A stretch of 62,420 nt of DNA, the filler included, from Sphacelaria rigidula (lineage: Eukaryota), in NCBI GenBank assembly GCA_964200075.2. It is 4 parts of 4 records of this genome, joined end to end, with 100 filler letters (N's around TTAATTAATTAA, not from the genome) between each part and the next. Parts side by side here need not be neighbours in the genome. Positions count along the whole stretch, not along the records: positions 31,264 to 46,792 come from CAXNAA020001710.1; positions 46,893 to 62,420 come from CAXNAA020001711.1; 2 more parts are not named here. One strand, 5' to 3'. Under the pieces are notes generated by a model that searched no databases, had not been told where the DNA came from, and was given only the letters and a program-made list of their open reading frames with translations. Made by a program: the position numbers and the translations under genes. Below, piece after piece: positions 35,002 to 47,222 of the stretch. The stretch's first letter is position 1; every line of letters starts with the position of its first letter.

Positions 35002-38000
35002 ATGTCGCACAGAAATAACGCTGGCTCTTCCCCTCAATTGGGAAATCAATCGCTTCGTCTGACACGGAGTCAAACCACTGGCGGTTTGAAATCTTTTGAT
35101 ATGCATGTCACGTCACCTCCAACTCTTCGACGCACGTGTGCGAGCGTTGTTCGATCTTCGGGATCTGAAGACCAACCTTCGAGCGATGCTCGTTCTTCGA
35201 GGCTTGAAGAAAAGACTATGACGCCGCGACCTGTTCTCTCATGTACCGATTCGGACTTAGAGAACAGGCTTGTGCCACTGGCTGAGTTATTGGCTCCTGA
35301 CGGACATGTCAGTGAAACCATAACGGTGGATTCCGTAGCACCCTCCTCGCTGCGGCCTGTTCTTACGAATCCCAATGTGGAATCCGAAGTCAGGATTGTG
35401 CCCCCAGCTGAGTCGTTGCCCCCGGCCACACGTGTCCGGTTCGGCCCTGTAACGGTTGCTTCAACCGTGGCACCCAGTCGTATGACGGCTGACACCTCTC
35501 GAGACGACTCAGTCTCCACGAAGCGTATCGCTTCTGAGTCATGCTACGATAGGGGGGGGGATTTTGGGCCGCTTTCTCCCACGAAAGTTCACTTCATTCG
35601 TCGTTGAAAGCAGCCAACGATTGTTCGGACGCGCTTGCGCTCAATAAATAGCGCTTATTCATACTGCTTGACACCGCTTTTACCCAATTACACGCGCACC
35701 GCAAGCGTCTTAGGTTGTTTGACGCACCGATGAGCCCATTTTTTGGTGGAATCAACCCCCCTTCCCCCTTTCGCAGCATGACGCTCCTGGAGCAAGAGAC
35801 TGTGTCACGTGGGCTGCTCCCGTTACGGACCCCTACCGCACGACTCTCGGTAGTCCCGTGCGCCCTACTGCGCAGTCCAATGTCGGACCAGCAGTCGCGA
35901 CCATGCCTTCTGCTCTGAAGACTATGCATCGCACTTCATCGGCGTTGGCGCACTCGCCAGCCTCACCTCTCATCGAGGCATTCACGGCTTTTTGCCAGGC
36001 CACGCTCCAAACCAATCGGCATCTGCTCACGTGCAATTCAACGATGATTCTGCACCTGCCACGCCCACACCCGTACGTTTGGCGCCCCGGTCGGCGACAT
36101 CTCGTCCTCCGTTTGTCACTCATGAAAAATTTCACGAACATGAGGCCAGCCCCTCCTCGACGTCGAAGCAGAGTCTTGCTCGCGCTCCTGACCGGCGCCG
36201 CACACCGAAGTTGATCACCACCACGTCACCCGTGCTGGCAGTTCAAAGGATAACTGCCAGCAAAGCTTGAATTCATGGCGTATTTTTACACGCCCGAAGA
36301 ATGTTGCTCATGGTCGTACATATAACCGTAGCTCATGCCACACTTCCAATTTATCACGCGCTCAGAAGCGCCCGGTGAATGTCAACCGTGACCGTACTCA
36401 CGAGGATGATTCGCGGTACAGATCAAGCTCATCGCGCGTTCACTCGCGCTTGAAGAACACCGATCATGCAACCGCGCGCACCCCTCCTGCTCTACCTCCG
36501 TCACGCCGCCGTTATTCACCCGATGATAACATCGTACATGCGGACGATATTCAAAATATATTGTCAGACATGTCACCGGCTCTGGAATCCTCAATTGAGG
36601 GATCCGGTCGCACTTCATCGTAAAACCGACGACCCCGCAATGACCGCGACCCACCGTCCCGCTCCCACGCTGCGATTATTCTTTCGCTTCGACAACGATT
36701 GACAGATCTCGAGCGACAACTATCAACAATGCCGACCTCAAGATCCACTGCCGCCGTCGCCAAGACCACGAAGAAGACCCCCGGCGTTACTGCAGCTACT
36801 GTTGCCGCTACAACCGCCGCTGCCGCCGCTGCTACCTCGGCCGCTGCGCATTCTGCCGCCCCCACGACGGCCCCGACACCCGCTGCCGCCCCATCTGCGG
36901 TTGATACTGACGCAGGTAGTGGCCCATCCACTGGCACAGTCGCGGGTGCCCCCCGTGCGCTCGCCCCCGTCTCTGGAAGATCTTCCTTCGCTCGGCGACG
37001 AGCATTGCCCTATCGGGCTGCTGTTGAGGCTTTTCAGGGACCACCCCCGTGTGAAACAACTGGAACTCATGAACGATTATGCCTCATATGCGCCGGCGCT
37101 GGCCCACGACGTCCTCGAGCAACAGAGGGAGGCCGACGCCACTGCGGCACGCGTCATCGCCGAAGAACACGCTGCCAAGCATCTAAACCTCCAGCGCCAG
37201 GCTTCACGGGCTCAGGCTACCAACTCCGCGGCTCAACGCGCGCTACATGAAGGTTGGCGGCTTAGCAGCGCGTTCAGGACCTCGAGGAGCATGCCCGCCG
37301 AACTGCAAATGACGCGGCCACGTCGGTGGCTCGTCGCTCACCATCCAGTCTCTCCGCCGTCCATCGGCAACACGCCCGGTGGTCGCTCTCACCGCCGGCC
37401 AACGGCCAGTACGTCTACGTACGTCATCCCACGCAAAACAGACGACACGTCGTATGCCGCGGCTAGCTCGGTGGCCGATGCCCGCCTGACGCTAGGTCTG
37501 CAACTGGCGCCTCGCGAACGAGTGTGGCTTTCTCGTTCCACGGCCGATCATACCGCCTACTTCCACAGAAGAAACCCCCTCCACTGCCCCCGCGAGGCCT
37601 GGAACCTAATTTCGCAACGCATGCTCTTCGCTGTTAGTGTTTACGTGGAGCAGGGAGGCTTCTTCCCCGACGAAGGCGTATCGGCACTCACCTTGGGCCA
37701 ACTGGTCTTCCAAACGACTATCGGCGATCACCCGGATCACCAGTGTTACGTCGCCGCTGTCACCGATCGTTTTGCGGCGTTACGCGCCGCTTACAACCCT
37801 GATCCCGGCGCCACCATCGCTGACGATGACGAAGATGAAGGTGGGTGGACTTCCGCAAGTACCAACTGCCGGGGACATAAGAAGAACCACCGACGGGATG
37901 ACGACGACAACGATGGAGGAGACTCACGCCGCCGCCATGGTGGTAGAGGATCTCTTCGGGCGGCTTCGCACCAAACCGCCCGGCTCGCAACCCTCGCGGC

Positions 38001-39646
38001 CCGCCTCTCAAGAACACCGGAGGTGATTCTTCTGGATCTTCCGCGACAGGCTGGAACCGGTCTGGTACAGACCTGCTCCCCTCGGGTCCGGCGACACCAA
38101 GGCAAGTGATCCCTAAATTGGCTGATATTCCGGCCTGCATTTTAGGCTTATCTGATTCGGACACACCTGACCGTCCATTATCTTCTACTGCAGCCCCCGC
38201 TTTAGCAACCGCTACGGCTGACAAAGAACGCTCCGAAGCTAGTAAAAAAGCAGCTTCCAATAGAGCCGAGTCTGCACGAGTAGCTGCAATACAGAGACAG
38301 TATGTTCAGATGGATGGGAAAAAGCTCTGGCACATTAAAACCATGCCTGCTGCGGATAACGAAGATTCGGGCCAGTTTACTTTTGCCCTCATCACGTCCA
38401 TTCGCCGCACTGTTTGTAACATCCTTCACTTGGCGGATGCAACTGGCACACAACGTTCCGAAGATTCCGATTGGGTAGAGGGTGACAGACTCCCTTGCAT
38501 AGAGCATTGCATCGATCCATCAGTCGCCGCTCTCCCGACATCGCTGCCTCTTTAACACAGATCCTCGACGGCTTCCCCGCCGGAATGGATCCGGATCGTG
38601 CCGAGGGGAAGACAGGCCCGGTGTTGCTCTCTGATTTGGAGAGGCGTTTAACAGGCTACTTTGGCAGAAGTGACCAAGCCAGCGCCATCCAGAGGGTGAG
38701 GTTTTTGCTGTTGCATCGGATGTCCCCTTCGCGGACTATCTCCGCGAATTTAAGCTTTTGGTTTCTGGTACCACGGGTGTCGGACGCCAAAACGGACCGA
38801 GCGATGCAATGTGTCAGACTTACGTTCGCAATAGCGCTGCTCAACAGTATCCGGCTCCGATGCCGTCGTTGTTTCTGGGTGTCTTGGCGCATCGCGAGGT
38901 GCCTTACGCCTCTGTTGATACTATGTGGTCTGCTTTCGTACACCAAGAGGGTAATCTAACGCCGGTCATACGCTTCTACGTCTATGCGTTCACAACCTAC
39001 GGTCGTATCCTCCGCTCATGCTCAAGGGGCTCGCGGCAGGAATTCGAGCTCATCTCGCGCTTCATGGATCCCCGACTCGGTCGCCGGTTCAGTTGTGCAT
39101 GCTCAGAGTGCCAGAGATGCATCCAGTGCGAGTTTCGATGGATGGTCGTTTTCCGAGGAAACTTGGGATGATATTTGTTTGACTTCAACAACGGCATTCA
39201 TAGCCGATTACCCCCATTTGTGGAACCCACTTTTTTCGTCTTCCGCTAGACGTAATGCCTTCAGCAGTCATGTCAACAGTTGCATCAACTGTAGTGTTCA
39301 AGGCCACAGCATGCGCGACTTTGACAGTCCATGCATCAATGCCTTTGATCTCATGAACCCTGAATTGCAGGACAATAAACCCGCGTGGCGCCAATGGCAA
39401 AAACGCATACGCGACTACTGCCCACCTAATCGAAATTACCGTAACCATTCGAATCAACGTGGAAACAAAAGCTCTAGTCGCGGTCGCCGACAAAACAACA
39501 ATCACGCAAGCCTTCGCCAGAATGAGAAACATTCTGGCGACAACAAACGTTCCGCTGATAGACACCAGCGGACGGGACCGACACAAAGCCCGAATCCCAA
39601 CACCAGAAACCCTGGTACCTTCACTACGGATCACCTTGATCCATGA
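35002..39646 (+). pseudogene. gag: Gag polyprotein (very long, disrupted)
   Basis: ATG context shared with copy 2 (MSHRNNAG). Capsid-like VASDVPFADYLREFKL segment near 38710-38760. Zinc knuckle CINCSVQGHSMRD(F) at 39281-39322 with the last Cys mutated. Frameshifts and a MITE insertion. Confidence 0.8.
35536..35784 (+). mobile_element. MITE family A (249 bp) inserted in gag; 4-bp TSD TTCT/TCCT
   Basis: TIRs GAGTCATGCTACGATAGGGGG / CCCCCTTTCGCAGCATGACGC. Copy 2 shows the empty site ATCGCTTTTGGAGCAAGAGAC (minus strand, ~57480-57500). Confidence 0.9.
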
Positions 39647-42600
39647 CGTGCCAACGCTGGCATTCTCCGGTCTTCCACGCCGCCGATAGCACGAGCGAAG
39701 ACTTTCTCAACACAGTCCGCGGAGTCCGTGTCTAAAATTGCTCACTCGACTCCCCCGGCACAATCCAGGAGCGTAACTGATGGCCGTTCAAATCGACCCC
39801 CGTTTCCAACCTCCACACACTTTTCAATACAGCCCGCAGAGCCCGCGACTAGGATTGTTCGCCCGGCTCTCCCGGCACTATGCAGAAGCGCAACTGACGA
39901 CCGTTCATATCGACCCCCGTCTTCACCCCTTCACACACCGCCTAACACTTCTTTCACCCCACTACTCAGACCTACACCCGGCTTTGAACCTAGTCCTTCA
40001 GTGCCATGTATAAGCCTAAGGTGTGGGAAGACCAATCGCCAGTCCCTGAGGCAGAGGCTTCCCTCAGCGACCGCACGCACAGGTAGTAGCAAGCCTTCTT
40101 CAGCTGACCCAAGTGTTGCTGATTTGAACTTGACCACATCGCATCATGCAACTCCCAATCAGTTGGATCGAGCTCCTTCCCCGCGATTGTCAACACGCAC
40201 AGACCTACCTTCGGTCGGTTCTGATAACACCCGCCCTAACATATCTTCGGCTATGACCCAACAGCCAAGCTTGCCTACGGAAAGCAGCCCACAAGTTTCG
40301 ATCCGTCATGCCCCGATGCTGACCCCATCCGCACAAGTGGACGCAGTTGTGGTTTCATCCAAAAATGTTTTGGAAGTTCCCCGACCTTTGTCGCGGCGAA
40401 AGAGAAAGCCCCGTAAGCATGACCCCAAGGACGCGCGCGCATCATCACGTACACCTCTTTCGAGCGGAAATCCTCGATCTCAACCTCTCCAAAATTGCGA
40501 CGACTTTGAGTTCGGCGGTTCTATCAAGTATCCCGGAAGAAACAAAAAAAAATTCTGACGGCACTACTTCCTCAATCGACAACTCCAGTTTCGCACATTC
40601 TGGATCCCCCTTGGTCGGTGATCCCTGTCAACCAAAGACGATCATTTACGACATCGCCAATGGCCATTCTGACCGTGCCACGCCTGGAAATAATATACCG
40701 TCCACCCGCTTCTCTGGTGAGACATCTGACCCACCAGCGGACCACCCGCCGTGCGTTTTTGCTGTCAGCCCCGCTGATCCTGACCAGTGTACCTTGCCGG
40801 AATACGGTCCGGGTTTTGTCGGTGGTAAAGTGTCTGTAGATTCGGCCACTTTCACTACGCGCGTTGGGATCCATTGCGGTCCGAACGCTATCATGCCTGC
40901 GAAGTGCGTATCCTTGTTGGACAGCGTCAGCCCGCAAACATTTGTTCGAGAATCAACATGGGAACACATAAAACAGACTGGCGCTGCTACTGACGCTTGC
41001 GAAACCACCACCCAACCTCGAGTATGGGGCGGTTTCGGTGATTCTGCCGCACCACTGACGACACGTAAACCCGTACGTCTCAGTGTACAATTTTTTCACG
41101 ACACCACTCGATCTGCCAGCCTGGCAGTCTGGGCATACATTGTCCCCGACAACACAATGCATCACGCCATATTATTGGGCTGAGATAGCTATATGCGGTT
41201 TCATAAAGGCACCTACCCCACGTTTCCACCACTAGCGCCACATTCCACGCCTCGTGGAGAATTCAACCTCGAACACTTTGGTACTCTCCACGGCGCCTGG
41301 CCCACCAGGAGAATACCCAAGCAAACGGAGCTGCTTACCACCTACGTTACAACGGTAGCGTTGATATTACACTCTCCGACGGCCCCCAACTTCTAGAAGT
41401 TGCACTAGTTCGCCGAAATGGCATGCCAGCACTTACGGGCCACTATCTTGCCGAATCGTTACCCCCTATTGGCGCACCAGTCGACACAAAACATCTTGTG
41501 TCGGCGGGACAAGAACTCCCCCCTCTTACGGGTCATGCTAATTTGGAACCCAGCGATGTTTTAGGAATCGCCGCTGCTCCCTGATGCGCATCCCACTTGA
41601 GATGTGAGTAACAGAGTCTGCCGCGCCAAACGCCACATCTCCGGCGGAGTCAGTCCATTGTGTCGATGAACCTTATTTCGACCTCGCCTCTGCGACTCCA
41701 CCCCAGGTTCACACTGTGGATCTTGCCCAGTCAAATTCCGATCCTCTTGCTGAAGTGCTTCAACGCTCATCACCGGATTCTCGGAGAAATTTCTTGCACA
41801 TGTGGAACCAACTGCCGTCACACATGCGCGACATCAAATTTGACATTCATGGGCCCGGCTGGAAACCGGAAGTCATCAGAGAACTCGGTGATGTCCTGCT
41901 ACAGTACCAAGACCAATTTTCCCGATCCAAGACGGATCTTGGGCATTGTAAAGCACTGCCCTTTGAGGTTACCCTCCAACCCGGCGTCTCGCCGATTTCT
42001 TCTCGGCCATACCGAACAAAGCCGATCCTTACCAAGAAAGTTGACGCCACCTTGGATGCGTATTCGGGAGCGGGAAGGATACAACATTCCTCTTCTCCTT
42101 GGACCTCGCCCCTTGTGGTCGTCCCCCAAAAGGATGGAAACATACGCATAACCGTGAATTGTCAACGGTTGAGCCGGGTCACTGTGGTCGGGTCACTTCC
42201 AATTCCCCGCATTGATGAACTCTTCGACTCCCTAGGCGAAAGGAAAAATATTCGGCACCTTCGACCTCGCTTCTGGATGTTTCCAGAATACCATTCACCC
42301 TGTCACAGTCCCAAAGACGGCCTTTTGTACCTCGTCCGGACTTCACCAGTGTCTCCGAATGCCACAAGGCGCCGCCACTGCCCCGGGATGCTTTCAACGC
42401 TTAATGCAAGGCGCCATCGAGGGCCTCGAGCACATCATGATGTACCTGGATGACGCTATCGCTTTCGATGCCGCACCTATTGCACACATACGCACTCTAC
42501 GAGAATTTATCTCTCGCCTACGCACGCACGATCTGAAACTGTCTCCATCCAAAGCTCGCCTTGGCGCGACTGACTTGGGTTCCTTGGGGCATTCCTTTTC

Positions 42601-45600
42601 TCCAGCAGGCCTGCATCCGGACACAAAGTCAAAGCGATGGCTGACTTGCCGATGCCAACTAACATTTCTGAACTTCGCTCATTGTTGGGCGGGCTACCCT
42701 AGTACCGAAATGTTTTGCCGAATTTATCGAAACGGATTCGCCCCCTTACTGAGTTACTCAAGAAAGGAGCCGTGTTTTCCTTCACAACCGAAATCGAGAA
42801 TATTACCCGCGAATTACTCAAGACGCTTACCGGAAAGCCGGTTCTTTGCTTTCCGGATTGGCGGGCAGTACAAGATGGGTCCCGTCTTTTCCAACTCCAT
42901 ACTGACACCAGCACGAACGGGTTTGGACGAGTTTTGGATCAACTTCAGGTTGATGGCTCCGTCCGACCCATCCTCTATATTGGCCGCGCTACCCTGCCCG
43001 ACGAGGCCAATTGGAGCCCGCTAGAACTGGAAGGCGGAGTATTCACTTGGGCCATCCAGCGCCTTCGACAATACCTGTTTCACGCGCCCTTTGGCATATA
43101 TACGGATCACGGAGCACTCGAAAAACTCGCCAAGGTTGGCGAACACAACCTGTGTGTACAACGATGGTTGGAGTGTTTAACAGCATATCAGTGTACCATT
43201 AAGCACCGTCCAGGCAAAACCAACGGAAACGCTGATCTTCTTTCTCGCCTTCTCCTGCCGCCTACGGCCGCAGATTCCAGCCCGGCTTGCGGTTTAACGG
43301 AACCCGATAAGCCCAGAATATACGCGATTAGACGTTTTTCAACGCCCGTTTACGCCCTCGACCTCCAGTGCCCGGAAACCGGTACGCATTTGGGAGGACC
43401 TCGCCCTCTACCATATGACGCCATCTTGGGTGGGTTAAAGCCCACTACCTCCGATTTTGTCGATTTCCGCACTTTCGGTACTCGCGTGCAGCTCTTCGCG
43501 GAGACACCTCCAGTCACCCACCATATCTCTGACAGCACCCGCTCCCTGTCTGCCGCCTGCACCACACCGAGTGCCCCGCCGCCACCGATAACACCTGCAA
43601 CCTCTACGAGCCACCCAGCACAAACTCCACGGACCAACACGCCACGCTCAGTGAAACGTTCTGCAACGTGCACCACGCGCCGGGGACAGTCTTCGCCGCG
43701 CGCTGTTACAGCCCCGCCGCCTATAACGGCGCCGCAAACATCTACTGCTCCCGAGCTCGGGACTGGCGAGTTAGCTCCTGCGCCCGCGACAGATACTGAC
43801 GTCCGCATTTCTGCCCCGTCGCTTATTCCCCCGCCGCCTACCCCGTCATGTTTGGTCGGCTCGTCAGCGGAAGGTCAACTACGCGAATTTCTCACCAGCT
43901 ACTGTCACCGCGATTGGGCTCGCGAACAAACCGCAGAATCGCTATGTCGCGCAGCCATGCGGTACTTACAACTCGACTGTCCAGTCCCTTTCCCATTCAC
44001 ACTTCTGGCCCCGGTTGGCACACTGCCACCACGAGTTATTTCTGACGTATACGAGCTCGTGCGTAAAGGCACCCTTTTTACTACGGATGAAGGTGTGCAA
44101 CCACTCGTGCATTGGCCCACGCCTTTGACAGGCGCAATTTCCGCCTCAACCACGGGACGCCACGCATGAATACTCGATGACGAACCAACGCGCATATATG
44201 TGCCATTATTAATGCGTCCCTGGGTCATGAAAGGCTGCCACACCGACTTGTCATGCCACCTTGGCGTCCCCCGCACCCTCGCACTCTTGGAACGCTTCTA
44301 CTGGTGGGATGTCATGGAAACTTCAAACCACTTCCGGATTCGGCGATGCTTCAAATGCCAAGCCCGAAAAACTTCACGACAGACAGTACGCTGGCCCGTC
44401 ATCCTTACGGGACTCCCCGACGAGCCCGGCCACGTTGTGTCCTTTGACTACTTTGGCCCTCTACCGACCACAGGTCGCGGCAACGCCTACATCTTACTTC
44501 TCACTGACCGCTTCAGCCGCCACGCCTCCATGTACGCGGTAACCGCCGCAGATTTCACTGCCGCCGGAACGGTCGACATATTGGTCCACGATTACACTAC
44601 GCACTATGGTTGCCCAAAGCGACTCCTTTTAGATAATGGTCGGCAATTTTGCTCAGATCTCTCTGAGGAGCTTTATAGGCTCCTGGGCGTCTGCAAAATT
44701 GCCACGAGCGCCTACAACCCGAACGGTAACGGTGATACCGAAAGAGTTAATCACACCATGGCCCAAATGCTCTCTATCGTTGTAAATGGTCGCCAAAATG
44801 ACTGGGACCTACATCTCTCGCACATCATGTTGTCCTACAACAACTCGATTAACGCCGCCACAGGCCTTTCTCCGAACGAACTACATCTTGGACGTAACCC
44901 TCGGCTGCCCATCACCGTGTTTGAGCGCCACACGTTCGACGACCACCAAGGATTGTATCAGGATCAGATATCCTACCACGAGCTAGCGCATGCACGACAA
45001 CGCAAAGCGTTTGCCATCGTGCGCGAACAACACGCTATCAACATCTCGCGCCTAGAGAGATCTACACTGCTCTCTACGACCTCATGCACAAACGCCCTAA
45101 CTGGAAATTTGGTGATTGGGTTTGGATCCACAACAACTTGTTGACCATCTGCCAAGGCACCAGCAGGGCAGCCAACGAGACAATTTTGAAGACAAATTGT
45201 CGCTCAATTGGACAGGACCATTCAAGATCCTGATAGTCGGACCATCGTCATCATCCCCAGATGATAAACCAGTTGGTAACAAACTTCTATTTCTCGACTT
45301 GCCTCGCGACTTCCAGGGCAAGGATACCAAACCCCGCGTCTCCGTGCACAGATGCAAACCCTGCACGAACCCGCATGATGCAAGTGACATGCCCAAGTAC
45401 CTGCCTGCCGGACGCACACAGTATGTTCTCAACAGCTACTCGACCAGGTCCCCGCCCTACCACGTGACAACCGACGACGTGACAAAACAGCCCCTTCGAT
45501 TGACCGTGTCCACCATCTCCGGCCACAAGATAAACCGTGGTCGAGGTGGCAAACTCACTGTCACGTATGAGACACACTGGCACGGTCTTCGGAGAGCGTC

Positions 45601-46102
45601 TTGGGAACGCGAATCCGACCTTCAATTGCACCGCCGTGCAATTCTTCTGTACTGGATGCAATCCCAACATCAGCATCTTGCTCACAACAGGAAATATCGC
45701 AACATGCGTCGTGGCGTAGCAGCCCATGAGCTTCACCGCCATCGGGAACTACGCTTTGTCGCCGATGGCTACGAACTTGTACCCACCAAGACTTGAAAGA
45801 CAAAGTTCTTTGCAACCCAGCGAATACTGCCCAAGGGCAGCTACCTTCGGTTCAAAGGCAGCGACAGCCTCTGGTGGTTGGGCCAGACCCACTCCGCCAA
45901 CCTCGTTTCGGCCGACACATACCTCGTGCGCTTCATCGATGACCCTGGACCCATACAGCTTTATCTCCGGCCAGCATTATACACCACCAGCCCATCTGCT
46001 CCACGCGGATACTGGTGCCTCCAGCACCTTAAGTCCAAAGGAATTAGCCGTGGTCTCCAGCGCAACATCGGCCACACCCACGACGTCCACGCCCCGCTTT
46101 GA
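39647..46102 (+). pseudogene. pol: Pol polyprotein: aspartic protease, RT, RNase H, integrase, chromodomain, Tudor-like domain (disrupted)
   Basis: LLDS(V)SPQTFV (~40915); YLDD (42443-42454); LHTDTSTNGFG..LELEGG..YTDH..NADLLSR (42890-43250); HHCC and DDE core FDYFGP/LDNGRQF/ERVNHT (44200-44900); WTGPF (~45208); chromo (~45495-45630); Tudor-like (~45830-46030). Confidence 0.95.
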
Positions 46103-46329
46103 ACTACGCTCCCTTGCCGCAACTGTCCCCCCCCCCATTTTTGTAGCATTGCTTTCCCCCCCTTCTCCACCAGGACCCTCTTCTACGACGACATTACAAC
46201 CGCGTGACCTACATCGGACGACGATCAAGAAGTACTGAGACGACCACCATCTACGACTGCTACAGCTTTAGTATCCCTTTGCGGCTGGCGCTCGATCTCG
46301 TCAGATCACCGACGTTCAGATCTCTGCTC

Positions 46330-46720
46330 TTGCACCTTTTTTTGCACCTTTGGATTCCCCCAGGTTGAAGGTCTGCTCCCTGTTGTAACTTTGAATTTCC
46401 TCAGGTTGAAGTTCTGTTCCCTGCTCTACCTTTGGCCTCCCCCACGTTGACGTTTGTAGATCGCTAGCACGCAGAAGCAGTTTGTGCTTCCGCGTTTCGG
46501 AGCAGAAAAACCTGCTCCGAAACGCGGAAGCACAAACTGCTTCTGCGTGCTAGCGATCAACGAAGAAGGACAAATTGCTTCGGCGTCCTAGCAAAGACTA
46601 AGGGGGGGGAAACGGGGAGGTACAACAGGGAGCAGAGCTTCAACCTGGGGAAATCCAAAGTTACAACAGGGAGCAGAGCTCCAACCTGGGGGAATCAAAA
46701 GGTGCAAAAACAAACTGCAA
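46330..46720. repeat. ~390-bp foldback: perfect 47-bp stem (46459-46505 / 46512-46558, loop AAAAAC) inside inverted arrays of a 41-bp repeat
   Basis: Stem checked base by base. Outer arms carry CTTTGGATTCCCCCAGGTTGAAG..CTGCTCCCTGTTGTAA units and their reverse complements. Confidence 0.95.
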
Positions 46721-46792
46721 GTAACAACAAATTGTGCGAATTGAGGCTTAACTCCGAGCTGAGGTTCAAGCCTAAAACAGTGCTTTCCCCAC

Positions 46793-46892
46793 NNNNNNNN
46801 NNNNNNNNNNNNNNNNNNNNNNNNNNNNNNNNNNNNTTAATTAATTAANNNNNNNNNNNNNNNNNNNNNNNNNNNNNNNNNNNNNNNNNNNN
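46793..46892. other. Artificial contig spacer N44-TTAATTAATTAA-N44
   Basis: Same 100-nt spacer. Confidence 0.98.
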
Positions 46893-47084
46893 CGTGGCAA
46901 TACCAACAAGATATCTAACTCAAGGATCCATATAAAAGAGGTACTTGTACCCGGAATCTCGGGTTAGATTTGTGCTATTATCCGACTACCCGAACCGTCA
47001 CTAGTTGTCCCGCGAATTTTCTACAGAGTAAAAACTCACACAAAAGATATACCGTTAGATTGCTGGCTGTGTAAATTTCCAACA
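46893..47084. mobile_element. Partial LTR of the same family as 33064-33667, inserted in the 3' UTR of Gypsy copy 2 and cut by the contig start
   Basis: Ends TAGATTGCTGGCTGTGTAAATTTCCAACA, like 33639-33667. Gypsy homology to copy 1 (CATCGGACGACGATCAAGAA) stops at this point. Confidence 0.9.
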
Positions 47085-47222
47085 GTTCTTGATCGTCGTC
47101 CGATGTAGGCCGTGCTATTGTTGTGTAGTAGAAGAGAGTCCTGGTGGAAAAAAGGGGGGGGGGCACAATGCTTACGGGAAAAAAAATGGGGTGGGACAAC
47201 AGTCGCGACAAAGAAGCGTGGT

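Larger units (their letters stand above)
31953..46330 (+). mobile_element. Ty3/Gypsy LTR retrotransposon, copy 1 (decayed; 3' LTR not in the contig)
   Basis: gag-PR-RT-RH-INT-chromo order. Homology with copy 2 starts sharply at TATCACGAAGACGCATATTAGCCTG (copy 2: TGTCATGAAG...). The 3' limit is approximate. Confidence 0.93.

Noticed and set aside
43350-43808. Antisense ORFs conserved in both Gypsy copies (e.g. 43350-43808 and 49616-49969)
   Set aside because: Expected shadow ORFs of GC-rich sense coding sequence; no independent motif.
46600-46620. AAGGGGGGGGAAACGGGGAGG as the Gypsy PPT
   Set aside because: It is not followed by the TGTCA LTR start and lies within the foldback.
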